Shown here piece after piece: positions 19,202-28,757 of a stretch of DNA of 64,000 nt. Each line of letters begins with the position of its first letter. Position 1 is the first letter of the stretch. This DNA is from a virus (taxonomy: Duplodnaviria; Caudoviricetes). The position numbers were made by a program, and so were the translations under genes. The notes beneath the pieces are model-generated. The model was not told where the DNA came from. It did not search any database and saw nothing but the letters and a program-made list of their open reading frames with translations. Location of the stretch: IMG/VR virus record IMGVR_UViG_2875499822_000002, positions 1-64,000 of that record; one strand, written 5' to 3'.

Positions 19202-19241
19202 TAAAAGCCTCTTGCAGCAGTGCTGCCGACTGCGTTAGGTA

Positions 19242-19484
19242 TTAGAGGAAGTTCTGATGCCGAGAGCCTATTTCCTGCCGGTAACTTCCTCCGGCGAGGA
19301 CGTGCGATAGAGCATCCGCCAGTTCTTCAGCAGGTATGCCAGGCAGTCGTAGGGTCCAGTAGGTTCGGGCCCTGACCCAATCCATCCTTCCGGTCAGTTG
19401 GTCGGCTATCACGCGCCTTAGCTCGCCTTGAAGTTCAGCGGATGCCTTTACCTTTTCAATCTTTGAAGTGGAATCTTGTGACAT
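19242..19484 (-). CDS. Hypothetical protein (80 aa)
   Basis: MSQDSTSKIEK... with GGAG SD (GGAGACAGCC-ATG); same orientation as the late operon. Confidence 0.55.
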   Translation of the reverse strand: MSQDSTSKIEKVKASAELQGELRRVIADQLTGRMDWVRARTYWTLRLPGIPAEELADALSHVLAGGSYRQEIGSRHQNFL

Positions 19485-19920
19485 GGCTGTCTCCAATATT
19501 GAGATGTTTGACGAAATCACCGGGAAGCTCTTCGCGAAGCTGTACCTGCAGTTCCCCTTACCGACGTACCTAACAGCCGAAGACTTCGTGAGTAATGCCA
19601 CGCAATTCGATGAACGGCAGGGAATGGAAGTACCCACAAAGGAAGCAGAGTTTTTCTTCGCAACAGGCAAGTGGCTGATGGACGCTGGTTATCTAACCGC
19701 TAAGCCGCACCCCTTCACCCACTTCACTGAGGCGGTCCTTACTGCAAAGGGGCTTGAGGTTCTGAAAGCTGTACCTGACAGCGTTAGCTCGAAGGACTCT
19801 ATAGGCGAGCAACTTTCCGGCCTCGCTAAGGAGCAAGGTCGAGAAGCAACCAAAGGTTTGGTAACAGAAGCCTTGGCATTGGGTGCGAGATTCATCAGCC
19901 CGATGATTGGACTGAGCTAG
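19483..19920 (+). CDS. Moron protein antisense to the late operon
   Basis: MAVSNIEMFDEITGKLF... 145 aa, lower GC, winged-helix-like segment WLMDAGYL...LTAKGLEVL. Confidence 0.8.
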   Translation: MAVSNIEMFDEITGKLFAKLYLQFPLPTYLTAEDFVSNATQFDERQGMEVPTKEAEFFFATGKWLMDAGYLTAKPHPFTHFTEAVLTAKGLEVLKAVPDSVSSKDSIGEQLSGLAKEQGREATKGLVTEALALGARFISPMIGLS

Positions 19921-19923
19921 CGC

Positions 19924-21963
19924 TTAACGCCTCTTCAGGTAACCGCTGCTTGAACTGCGGCGTAACGCCGGTTGGGTTGAGGTTCGCGGCACCGGTGCGA
20001 ATGGCGTGTCGTTTCGCTTGACCGGAACAGGGACAGGAGCCGGCGAATCGACCTCGTCGGTCTGGTCTTCAGCGTCAGGCTCGCTAGCTTGGGGCCGGGC
20101 TGTCTGCTGTTCGCTTTGCTCGAACAAGTTGGCCTGCGCAAGCGCCTGCCGGAGCTTGTCCCAATCCTGTTCGCCGTAGCGGTGCAGGCCTAGGAAGTTA
20201 GCCATGGCCAGGTTGTAAACCATGAGGTCCAGTGCCTCGTTGCGCTCGGCCTTGCTCTTGACCCACTCGATCCGCTTGTAGCCCTTCACGTAGCGAGCGA
20301 TCTTGCGTTCGGCCACGCACTGCTGGAAGAACTCGTCCGGCAGGTCCTTGGCGAAGTGCAGCGCACCAGGGCCCGTCTCGAAGCTGTAACGGTTGTATAT
20401 CCAGTCCTTGGCCGTGTCGGTACCGACGATCCACAGCTCGGCGCCGTTGCGCTCGGTTTGCCCCTTCCAGGTGACATCCACCTGCGACGGGCGTTGGGCG
20501 ATCACTGGCCGGCCCGGCTTGCTCGCCCCCTTGAGCGCAAACACGTTGCGCCAACGGCGCACTCGGGTGAACTGGTAGACCTCGTGGGTGTGATGGCCAC
20601 CGGAGTCAATGCCAGTGGCCAAAATCCCCAGGCTCACGCCGCAAGGATGGCGGTAGCGAATCTTGAGGCGGTCATCGAGCAGCGCCCAAGTGCGCTCGTC
20701 GGCCGGGTCGCCGGGAATTACCTGGTGATCGACCACCCAGCGCTCCATGCCAGCACCCCAGGCCATGACCATCAGCTCCAGGCGGTTGGCCTGAACGTCG
20801 ACGGAGGCCGTCAAGGCAAGCGCCCCCACAGGCAGAGTGCCAAGGACGTAGTCCTCTTGCAGCGCCCGGGCTTGCAGCACCTCAGCCTTAGTCTGCTCGA
20901 CTGCGCTGTCCCAGACCTCTGCAAGCCTGGTGTTGTAGAAAACCTGCATGGGTTCCAGGTCCCCGCGATCTTGGGCACGCTTTGCCCCCTCAAACTCGCG
21001 GGCCAGCATGGTCCAAGAATGCCAACCCAATGGTGCATAAAGCGCATTGAGGTGGAAACTTACTGTTTCGCCGTCGCCTTGGGCATGGGCTCGCCACTCA
21101 CCCTTGGCCAGCATCTCTGCCTTATGGTGCTCCTCGATCAGCACATCACACTCAGGCCCTTCGCACTGGTAATGAACCGCGCTGAAGTCAGGGGAGTAAA
21201 GCAGGCGCTCCCACTTGAGGACCTGCATGTGCCCACAGGTCGGACATGGTACGTAGTAGTGCCGCTGATCCCCCATCATGAACAGATCATCGATCCGCGA
21301 GGCCCCCTTGATGAGCGGGGAGCTGGAGAAATAGAACTTGGCGTTGCGGCCGAAGGTACTGCCCCGCGCCTCAGCCAGCTTGATGCCATCACCCTCTTGG
21401 TCGACGTCAACGTCCCAGCGGTCGACCTCATCGCCGTAGACATAACGAGCCGACAACTCCGACAGGTTGGCAGCCGAGCCAGCGGTAGTGGCGTATAACG
21501 TGCCACCCTCGAACTCTTTGGTGTCCATGGTGTTGCGGGCGTCCCTGGAGCGGTTAGACGCCACGCGCGCCTTGAGCTCGGGCGTTGCGTCGATTGTCTT
21601 GCCGATCCGGGATGACACACGCTTGGCCAGCCCCAGGCTGGGCAGCAGCGTCAGAATGTTGGATGGGGCCATGTGGATCAGGGCGCCGATCCAGTTCAGG
21701 GCGATCTGCGTCTTCATCAGCTGCGAGGCAACCTTGGTCACCACCCGCTTGCACGGGTGCGCAGGAGAAAGACAGCGCATCGGTTCACGTGCGTAGGGCG
21801 TGCGCGCGGTGCGATATTTGCCGGGTTCGGCGGCGCCGGTATCACGCGGGATCCGCATGTACTCGTCCGCCCATTCATCAACCCACAGTTCGGGGTCAGG
21901 CGTCAGCCCTCGGCAATACGCTTCGCGGTACACCTCGGCACCGTCTGCGTATCCGGTGGGCAT
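19924..21963 (-). CDS. Terminase large subunit (lambda GpA family)
   Basis: ASQLMKT, YGDEVDRW, CPTCGH, SVDVQ, RNEALD. Confidence 0.96.
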   Translation of the reverse strand: MPTGYADGAEVYREAYCRGLTPDPELWVDEWADEYMRIPRDTGAAEPGKYRTARTPYAREPMRCLSPAHPCKRVVTKVASQLMKTQIALNWIGALIHMAPSNILTLLPSLGLAKRVSSRIGKTIDATPELKARVASNRSRDARNTMDTKEFEGGTLYATTAGSAANLSELSARYVYGDEVDRWDVDVDQEGDGIKLAEARGSTFGRNAKFYFSSSPLIKGASRIDDLFMMGDQRHYYVPCPTCGHMQVLKWERLLYSPDFSAVHYQCEGPECDVLIEEHHKAEMLAKGEWRAHAQGDGETVSFHLNALYAPLGWHSWTMLAREFEGAKRAQDRGDLEPMQVFYNTRLAEVWDSAVEQTKAEVLQARALQEDYVLGTLPVGALALTASVDVQANRLELMVMAWGAGMERWVVDHQVIPGDPADERTWALLDDRLKIRYRHPCGVSLGILATGIDSGGHHTHEVYQFTRVRRWRNVFALKGASKPGRPVIAQRPSQVDVTWKGQTERNGAELWIVGTDTAKDWIYNRYSFETGPGALHFAKDLPDEFFQQCVAERKIARYVKGYKRIEWVKSKAERNEALDLMVYNLAMANFLGLHRYGEQDWDKLRQALAQANLFEQSEQQTARPQASEPDAEDQTDEVDSPAPVPVPVKRNDTPFAPVPRTSTQPALRRSSSSGYLKRR

Positions 21964-21967
21964 AGGC

Positions 21968-22555
21968 TCAGCTCTGTGTGATGGCTTGGTTGAGGTCGGC
22001 GTCGGTCATCTTGCTGACCTCTGTTAGGACGCGGCGGAAGGCGCTGGCGAGATGCTTTTCGATCTCCCACGGGTCACTCATACCCACTAGCTCGGCGGCG
22101 AGCTGCGGCGTGAGCCCGAATAACTGGTCGCGCAGCATCCGGCCCGCCATGTAAGCCGCATCTTCCACCGCTTTACGCTCGACCAGGTTGCCCTGGACTT
22201 TGTTGAACTCAGCTTCGGCCAGCTGGGCGAGGTAGTACTCGCGGTGCGCCTTCGCTTTCTGAAAGTTGTGAGCCCCGCCGGGCGCCGGCGCCGGATCCGG
22301 CTGCGGCACCGCAAATGGACCGAGGCCGGGCTGGAGCTGGCTTCGAACGTCCCGCTCGACGCGGTTCTCCTCATGCCGGGCAGCGACAGCTGCCTTGCTC
22401 GGATCAGCGGACTCGGCCAGCAGCAGCTCCGTGGCTTCGACGTCGACCTTGCCGTCATCGGTCAGCACCAAGCGATCCTGCTTGGCCAGTTTGGAAACGT
22501 AGGATTTCGACCATCCGTGCCGGGCGGCGAACTCCGATTTCGTCAGGTGGGTCAT
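21968..22555 (-). CDS. Terminase small subunit
   Basis: N-terminal HTH (KSEFAARHGWSKSYVSKL); upstream of terL. Confidence 0.9.
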   Translation of the reverse strand: MTHLTKSEFAARHGWSKSYVSKLAKQDRLVLTDDGKVDVEATELLLAESADPSKAAVAARHEENRVERDVRSQLQPGLGPFAVPQPDPAPAPGGAHNFQKAKAHREYYLAQLAEAEFNKVQGNLVERKAVEDAAYMAGRMLRDQLFGLTPQLAAELVGMSDPWEIEKHLASAFRRVLTEVSKMTDADLNQAITQS

Positions 22556-22564
22556 GTCAAAACG

Positions 22565-22700
22565 TCCAGTTCACCCAATGAATTCAAGGGGTTAACCAGT
22601 TCACCGCAGTTCACTAAGCTGGTGAACCTCCCGCTAACAAAGAAGCGCGGGTTTCCTGCCCCGTACCCGGCGAAATTCGACAGGGTCCCCCGCCCCTCCC
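22565..22700. promoter_or_regulatory. Probable cos packaging region
   Basis: CAGTTCAC x3 plus inverted GTGAAC just upstream of terS, then GGGTCCCC; lambda-type terminase implies cos packaging. Confidence 0.5.
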
Positions 22701-22908
22701 TGGCTCCCGGGCAGATCACTCCCCCGCCCCGCTGCTCGCTGGCGACACCCCGGAGATGCCCCAGCCCTGGAGGATTCCGCATTGATGTAAGCCGATTATC
22801 AAACTGATAAAGCATCGTCTCTTGACCTCAAAGTGCTAGCATCTCGAAGTCCTTCCTAGCAGAAGGCATGCCGAGGAAGGACTACCTCCAAAACCACAAG
22901 GAACCGAG

Positions 22909-23193
22909 ATGGCAAAGTACAAAATCGCTCACGTGCATCACAGTGGGCAGGACATGATTGTCTTCCCCCTGGAATCTTCGTTCGGAAGCAAATCCGACAG
23001 TCAACAGCAGGACATCATGGACTCGCTCCAGCAAGCAGCCTGGAGCGCGGATCTTGCGGGGAATGTGGTGGCGATCTGGAAGTCAGGCAACAGGGTTTAC
23101 TTCCGGGCCCCACCCGCGTGGCATTCGTTCTTCCGCTCCCCGAACATTTGGGGATGGGTGATGGCCAACATCAACAAAGAGCTGACGATCTAA
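22909..23193 (+). CDS. Moron hypothetical protein (94 aa)
   Basis: AAGGA SD, antisense to the late operon, preceded by hairpin GTCCTTCCT...AGGAAGGAC. Confidence 0.8.
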   Translation: MAKYKIAHVHHSGQDMIVFPLESSFGSKSDSQQQDIMDSLQQAAWSADLAGNVVAIWKSGNRVYFRAPPAWHSFFRSPNIWGWVMANINKELTI

Positions 23194-23406
23194 CATCTCC
23201 TCAAGGGCGGCAGAATTCTGCTGCGCCACATCTCCGCCCGTCTCTTGGCAGATCAACTCTCCCCGAGCCTGCTCCAATGCAGACTCCAAGTGCGCAATGA
23301 TCTTCGCCAGCGCTCCATCCCGGCGGTATGACAAGCTAGTCAGACCGCCGGTCTCTGTTTTGACCCACAAAATATCTTGAGCCTCATCGATCACTCGCAC
23401 TTGCAT
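23083..23406 (-). CDS. Hypothetical protein downstream of holin
   Basis: GGAGG SD before MQVRVIDEAQ; 3' end overlaps the convergent moron. Confidence 0.55.
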   Translation of the reverse strand: MQVRVIDEAQDILWVKTETGGLTSLSYRRDGALAKIIAHLESALEQARGELICQETGGDVAQQNSAALEEMLDRQLFVDVGHHPSPNVRGAEERMPRGWGPEVNPVA

Positions 23407-23767
23407 CGCAGGTACCTCCCGATCTTTTGTTGATATCACCAACTTGCGACATCTCGCTTACACCCAGCCGTTTGGCCGCCCAGCGCTCGTACAGGTTGAT
23501 CGCCACATCGGCACCGGCCATCGCGGTCAGGCAACCAACCGCTGCCGCCGCCCACACCGAAACACCTAGGGCGTACAGCAGCATGTTGGTCGACAGTCCG
23601 CAGGTGACACAGGCACCAGACCTCAATGCCAAACGGCGAATCAGCCCCCAACCGCGAGCACCCGCCTTGTCCGCCCGCCACATCTCACCCGATACACCTC
23701 CGACCAGGGACAGTACGATCACCATCCAGATCGGCAGTTCGGCTAACGCTTGTTGCTCGCTGTTCAT
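23384..23767 (-). CDS. Holin (R-pyocin-type)
   Basis: Start MNSEQQALAELPIW; several TM segments, GGVSGEMWRADK. Confidence 0.9.
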   Translation of the reverse strand: MNSEQQALAELPIWMVIVLSLVGGVSGEMWRADKAGARGWGLIRRLALRSGACVTCGLSTNMLLYALGVSVWAAAAVGCLTAMAGADVAINLYERWAAKRLGVSEMSQVGDINKRSGGTCDASASDR

Positions 23768-23796
23768 GTAAGCCTCATTGGCAAAGCACGGCGCCG

Positions 23797-23830
23797 GAAA
23801 AAGAAAACCCCGCCGGTTGGCAGGGTTCTC
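23797..23830 (-). terminator. Late-leader terminator
   Basis: GAACCCTGCCAACCGGCGGGGTTTTCTTTTT upstream of the holin. Confidence 0.6.
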
Positions 23831-23973
23831 GATGCACCGACAGGTCGGGGCGGATTGCACAGCACAGTGCTTGTGGGGAAGCGCCTAAGCGCACTTTTGA
23901 TATCGTGGGGACTTTTTACATGCCACCGGAAAAACCGAAAAGGGGTGTTTTTCGGTTCGTCGCAATGTGATCG

Positions 23974-24522
23974 CTATGTAGCATCAATGTTGCACACAAG
24001 TTGCAAAGAGACCCGACGAACGGTCTGCTGTCGGACGCGACCAGAGCGTGCGGCCAGTTGAGCAAACACCCGCAGGTGCAGAGCCTTGACCCAATTGCGG
24101 TAAGTCCGGTCGGCTTCCTCGGCAAGCCCGACCTCGCGCATCTGCTCCCTGATAGTGACTTGGTGGAGGTAACGCAGCTCGGCCAGCTTGGCCAGCGTTG
24201 CCGCACGCTTGTCCCCGCGAGCCAACTCAGCGACGGCTGCATCGACTTCGGCGGCGGCGTAATCCAGGCCAGCGCCCGACATCAGAATCCGCGCTCCAGA
24301 GGAGCCAGTGCGGGGCGCCGCCCCCTTCCATTCCATGATCGTACCCATCTGGCTACCGAGGCTGGCTTCCAATCCCAATTGCCTGCGCTGCTCGCCCCAG
24401 TGCTGCATCAGTCCGCCGACCAGACGCAGGCGCTCGGCTGGATCAATCAACTCCGCCATATCCTTCAGGTGCTGGGCCACTTGCACCTGACGCTGAAGGC
24501 GTCTTTCCAAGTCCATCGTCAT
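23974..24522 (-). CDS. Probable late-gene regulator (Q-like, C-terminal HTH)
   Basis: Position between replication and lysis/head genes; LAELRY...TYRNWV HTH-like C-terminus; GGAGG SD. Confidence 0.6.
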   Translation of the reverse strand: MTMDLERRLQRQVQVAQHLKDMAELIDPAERLRLVGGLMQHWGEQRRQLGLEASLGSQMGTIMEWKGAAPRTGSSGARILMSGAGLDYAAAEVDAAVAELARGDKRAATLAKLAELRYLHQVTIREQMREVGLAEEADRTYRNWVKALHLRVFAQLAARSGRVRQQTVRRVSLQLVCNIDAT

Positions 24523-24544
24523 CGCCATCCCTCCGAATTCAGTA

Positions 24545-24840
24545 CCCGACACACATTTAGCCAACCCAACACAAACCCAACACACTCGAAACCCAATAAA
24601 TTCAATGGATTGAAAGCATCTGTGTTTAGTGTGTCGGGTGTGTTGAGTTTTTCAGGGCTCGCATAGAGATTTATCGGGCCTTCGATTTCAGCGCTTGAAG
24701 AAGATCGCCTGCGCGCGTGCGTGCGCGAACCCAACACACCCAACACACACTCCCGCCAATCCACGGATTCCGGGGCCTGAATCTGTGTTGGCTTGCGGAA
24801 ACCAACCCAACACCCACCCAACACACCCAACACACTTACC
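24545..24840. repeat. CCCAACAC iteron-like repeats, probable replication origin
   Basis: Many direct CC(C)AACAC copies plus inverted GTGTT copies in the noncoding gap after the primase-helicase. Confidence 0.7.
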
Positions 24841-24847
24841 GACAGAG

Positions 24848-27628
24848 TCATGCTGCAACCCTCTTGATGTGGTCCCAGGCTTCCACCGTCCAGCCCGAGA
24901 GCTTCGCTCGCTCACGCCACTCGATGACGTTCTTGCCCAGCACGGCCGCATTCATGGATGGGGGCAGGGAAGGATCACCATCAGTGGGCATGAAGAACGC
25001 CGCGAATCGCCGAGTGCCGTGCCCCGTGGAGCAGTCCGACCAGGGGATAGCCCTCGTCTTCTCCACCTTAGCGCTCAGCATCAAGGAGAACTTGGTTTGG
25101 CTCATGGCATGCTCTTTGTTATGGGCGCACCACTCAATGAACATGGCGTACACATCCGAGGTCAGGCAGCAACCCCACAGGCCGTACCCAAGCTCACCGT
25201 TCCGCCAGAGGTGGAAGAATGTCTGCCAGGCCGTGCGGCTCAGCTCAACCAGGCGTTGACGGGCCTCAGTCTTAGGCGGACGGGTGCGCTGGTTGAAGTC
25301 CTCGAGGTCGACGTCCAGCAGCCAACCGTACAAGGCAGCCACCCCGCCATTCGCCAGCTCCCGGGCGATTGCCTTCTGCCTCTCAGGCGGCAGCGTCTCC
25401 AGAGGCCACATCACCAGCATCCGGCGGTCGTCTTCGCTGATCGGCCACGGCATGATCTCGTTGCTCAGGAACGCCGAGTTCATGTGGTTGGATTCTTCCC
25501 AGCCGTTGATGAACTTCGACTCCATCCGCACTGTTTTGCCGGTGATCATGTGCTTGATCTTGCCGACCTGGTTGTAGCGCTGGTCGCGGCTCACAACCTC
25601 TTCGAACACGGCCCACAGCTTGCCGCTCTGCCAGGCGTTGAAGTTGCCTTCAAGCTGCGTCTGGCCAACTGTGGCGCCGTAACGGCCGTACAGCTCACCC
25701 ATGATGTCCGCGAACAACAGGCTTTTGCCCGAGCCTTCCATGGTCGAGTGGAACAGGATGGCAGTGTCCATCTTCGCGCCCATGTGCTGCAGCGGGTAGG
25801 CCAGCCACTTGACCAGCCAATCCAGAGCTTCAGTGTCATTGTTGCAAAGAAACGAGATCAGCCAGCGCAGGTTCTCGCAGGCAGCGTCATCGCGCACCGG
25901 CGCAAGCGGCAAGCCCTCGAAGGTGTTGATGTAGATCGCAGGATCCTTGGTCATCGTCGGGTCGAACACGATGTGGTCGACGTCCACCACCCGCCGATCC
26001 GGGCTGTTCAGCCATAGCTGATAAGCATCACCCAGGGCCATCTTGACGCTACCCTCGGGCAGGCGCCGCTTCTTCTCGCGGTCCCAGGCCTCTTTCGTAC
26101 CGTCGATGTAGATGTACCGGTCGAGCGGCTCCAGCTTCAGCGCCCCGCCCTTCTTGCTGGCCATCTTTCGGGCCTGTTCAAGCTCTGTCACCTGCTCGGA
26201 GGCAATGAGCTTCTTGTCGGTTCGCTCTATCCACTCCTTTGCCAGGGGCTTGCCAACCAGAGCTTCGAAGCCTGCCCGCTTCATCGCCCGCCCATTGTCC
26301 AAGTCCCACACACTGGTGGTGCCTTCGACCAGGGCGAATCGGCGCATTGCGCCATTGATGTCCAGGGCGTCACCCCCTGCCCCCCCTTTGGCCGAGGAGC
26401 CGGCCGGGCTGGGCGCTTCATCGTCCGATGGGGCGTGGGGAAGGTTCTCGGCATCGCTGCCCTCGAGCGAAGGCAGCTCGGCCTGCTCGACCACCGATGG
26501 GGCGCGGGGAAGTTCGCCCAATGGCGGCGGTGCCGGTGGACGGGACTTTGCATCAATGCCGAGGATCCGCGCCGCTGCTTTGGTAGCAACCTTCTGGTCG
26601 CCGTCGTGCATCAGGATGCAGAACACATCGAACGCGTCGTTCTTGTGTCCGTTCGCCAGCGGGTCCGAAGTGTGGTGCGAATACAGCTTGCCATCCGTGA
26701 TCGTCACGCCGGGTGCGCCGGAGCTGCTGTGTGGGCTCAACCACTTGCCGTCGATACGCTTGTATCCATGTGCCTCAATTATCGTGGCGATATCATGGAT
26801 GCGATTGAACTCGGGGATGACCTCGGGAAGCCGGTCGCCGGATCGTGCTGCAGCTGGTGATGGCTTGGCCACGGGACGAGCTGCAGACGCAGGCGCTGCC
26901 GACTTAGGCTTCCATGGGCAAACCCCCTCCCCCATCGGCTTGAATTCGTCCCAATCCTGCCAGATGGCCAAGAGGTCGGCCGGCAACACCGGCAAGCCTT
27001 CTGCGGCTGGAGGGGTTCGCCAGGTGTAAGGTTTGCCTGTACCAGGGTGAATGGACGGCGGCAATACGTCCTGCACCAGGCCGCCCCGAAGCTCGAAGAC
27101 CGTCACTTTCTTGAAAGGATCAGCCGCCATGCGGAAAGCCGCCTCGCGCTCGGCATCTCCGTCGGCCTTGGCAGCAATTGCTTGCGCCATGATCCCTTTG
27201 TAGATGGTGCCACAAGGGTCGTTCTTGTTGGGCCAAACCAGAGCGTGACGACTCAGTTCTACACCTTCGGGAACGCGGAACATCACGCGGAATCGCTCAG
27301 GATTGCCAACAGAGGTCGGGTACATGTCAGCAAGAGCGTCGACGTCGAGCCCAAGCGTCTGCTGGAGAACCAGTCTGGTCAGCTCAACATCATCAACGTC
27401 GAGCGAACAGACACGACTCGGCCCGAGCACAACACCGAGGTTGTGATTCGGGCTCGCTATCCAGAACGCTTCAGCCTTTGAGGCATCAGTAAAGTAGCCA
27501 CCTGGCTTGTTCCAGCCAGCCCCCTTAGGGCCTTTCTCACCTGGTTCAATGGGAACCAGAGCGAGATCGAAGGCTTCAATGTAACGCCGCGCCCAATCAG
27601 CTGTGGCAGGAGTTGGGCGCTCGCTCAT
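24848..27628 (-). CDS. Bifunctional primase-polymerase / helicase replication protein
   Basis: N-terminal Prim-Pol (NLGVVLG, SLDVD, PPSIHP); C-terminal P-loop MEGSGKS; start MSERPTPAT. Confidence 0.9.
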   Translation of the reverse strand: MSERPTPATADWARRYIEAFDLALVPIEPGEKGPKGAGWNKPGGYFTDASKAEAFWIASPNHNLGVVLGPSRVCSLDVDDVELTRLVLQQTLGLDVDALADMYPTSVGNPERFRVMFRVPEGVELSRHALVWPNKNDPCGTIYKGIMAQAIAAKADGDAEREAAFRMAADPFKKVTVFELRGGLVQDVLPPSIHPGTGKPYTWRTPPAAEGLPVLPADLLAIWQDWDEFKPMGEGVCPWKPKSAAPASAARPVAKPSPAAARSGDRLPEVIPEFNRIHDIATIIEAHGYKRIDGKWLSPHSSSGAPGVTITDGKLYSHHTSDPLANGHKNDAFDVFCILMHDGDQKVATKAAARILGIDAKSRPPAPPPLGELPRAPSVVEQAELPSLEGSDAENLPHAPSDDEAPSPAGSSAKGGAGGDALDINGAMRRFALVEGTTSVWDLDNGRAMKRAGFEALVGKPLAKEWIERTDKKLIASEQVTELEQARKMASKKGGALKLEPLDRYIYIDGTKEAWDREKKRRLPEGSVKMALGDAYQLWLNSPDRRVVDVDHIVFDPTMTKDPAIYINTFEGLPLAPVRDDAACENLRWLISFLCNNDTEALDWLVKWLAYPLQHMGAKMDTAILFHSTMEGSGKSLLFADIMGELYGRYGATVGQTQLEGNFNAWQSGKLWAVFEEVVSRDQRYNQVGKIKHMITGKTVRMESKFINGWEESNHMNSAFLSNEIMPWPISEDDRRMLVMWPLETLPPERQKAIARELANGGVAALYGWLLDVDLEDFNQRTRPPKTEARQRLVELSRTAWQTFFHLWRNGELGYGLWGCCLTSDVYAMFIEWCAHNKEHAMSQTKFSLMLSAKVEKTRAIPWSDCSTGHGTRRFAAFFMPTDGDPSLPPSMNAAVLGKNVIEWRERAKLSGWTVEAWDHIKRVAA

Positions 27629-27828
27629 CTGCGGCGCTCCCGCAGCTCTTGGCAATCGATGCAGGTCTCGCAACCCGCAGCCGACTGCTGACGAGCGAGC
27701 GGGATCGGCTCGTCGCAGTCCTCGCAGAACTGGGCGCTTGGCTTTTCAGGGAGTCGTGCAAGGCGCTGCAGCGACAGCTGCAGGAAGTACTCGGCGTGAT
27801 CGTTGGCGAAATCGACGGCGTCAGCCAT
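27625..27828 (-). CDS. TraR/DksA C4 zinc-finger protein
   Basis: MADAVD, CEDC...IPLAR...CIDCQ. Confidence 0.92.
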   Translation of the reverse strand: MADAVDFANDHAEYFLQLSLQRLARLPEKPSAQFCEDCDEPIPLARQQSAAGCETCIDCQELRERRR

Positions 27829-28309
27829 GGGCTTCATCCTCCATGGCTTGGCGGGCACCTGCCATGATCGCCAGCACCTGACGGATCACATCCATCCCGC
27901 GGTGCTCCAGATCCAACACCTCGGACTCCGTCCAGACGTTGTCGGCGGCACCATCGTGGAGACTGCCAACGAATTCGCTGGACTCCTCAAGCAGCTTGGC
28001 TACCGCCTGAAGGGCTTCGTTGGTCGCTGGCAATGGCTCCGGGCGGTACCACACAACACCGGCCGGTCGAACGAGGGCATCCAGCAGCCGCTGATCTGCG
28101 GTCCACCGGACGATCTCTTCTATCTCATCCGGACTTGGCCAGCGCCGCTCTTCGGTGGGATGGAGTTTCTTCTGCAGGGTATCAACGTCCATGACCATAT
28201 CGAAGGCCAGCTTGGTGATACCACCGTGATAGTCGCGACCGGCGCGGTAGAGCGCCTGCCGCAATGCGAGAACCGGACCCGCGTCCGGCAGTAGATCAAT
28301 GCGACTCAT
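27821..28309 (-). CDS. Phage CII-family regulatory protein
   Basis: GGITKLAFDM...TLQKKL; follows cro. Confidence 0.8.
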   Translation of the reverse strand: MSRIDLLPDAGPVLALRQALYRAGRDYHGGITKLAFDMVMDVDTLQKKLHPTEERRWPSPDEIEEIVRWTADQRLLDALVRPAGVVWYRPEPLPATNEALQAVAKLLEESSEFVGSLHDGAADNVWTESEVLDLEHRGMDVIRQVLAIMAGARQAMEDEAHG

Positions 28310-28435
28310 AACCGTAAATCCTCGGTTTACGGTGTAGCCACAGGATGAGGTAGGACCTATCCTACAGCTACGACCGTACTGTGCTGTGCGTCGTCGTCGC
28401 TGGGCCAGGGAGGTGAGAGTCCCTGGTCCAGCACC

Positions 28436-28660
28436 TTATTCCTTCACTTGCCTCAAATATGCCCAATCGATGTCCGGCCGCAGTGCTTCACAACGAATCA
28501 CACCTGCCGTTTCTCGATCCAGGCAGACAGCTAGTCCCGCGCTAGCGCGGCGGTTGCCGTAGGCCACTTGTTTCAACTGGCCAACAGACGTACCGCAACG
28601 TCGCGAGAAAGCCTCGAGCCCTTCCTTGTCCATCGTCTTCAAGTACTCGCTAAGCGTCAT
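28436..28660 (-). CDS. Cro-like regulator (YdaS family)
   Basis: HTH, C-terminal LRPDIDW, divergent from CI. Confidence 0.88.
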   Translation of the reverse strand: MTLSEYLKTMDKEGLEAFSRRCGTSVGQLKQVAYGNRRASAGLAVCLDRETAGVIRCEALRPDIDWAYLRQVKE

Positions 28661-28684
28661 AGACACCTCCGTTGGTGGCGAGAT

Positions 28685-28736
28685 TAGCAATTGCTAATTA
28701 GCAAGGCAATAGCAAGTAGTAATTTACTGTTTGCTA
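28685..28736. promoter_or_regulatory. CI/Cro operator cluster
   Basis: TAGCAATTGCTA palindrome plus degenerate copies between cro and cI. Confidence 0.75.
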
Positions 28737-28757
28737 ACGGAAAGCAATCATCGCCAA

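Noticed and set aside
24519-24851. ORF with VLGVLG repeats
   Set aside because: Translation artefact of the CCCAACAC DNA repeats
520-27481. Long + strand ORFs (e.g. 1151-2386, 6211-7719, 9587-10792, 14997-16202, 20356-21498, 24695-26017)
   Set aside because: Antisense shadows of well-supported GC-rich phage genes, with no recognisable motifs
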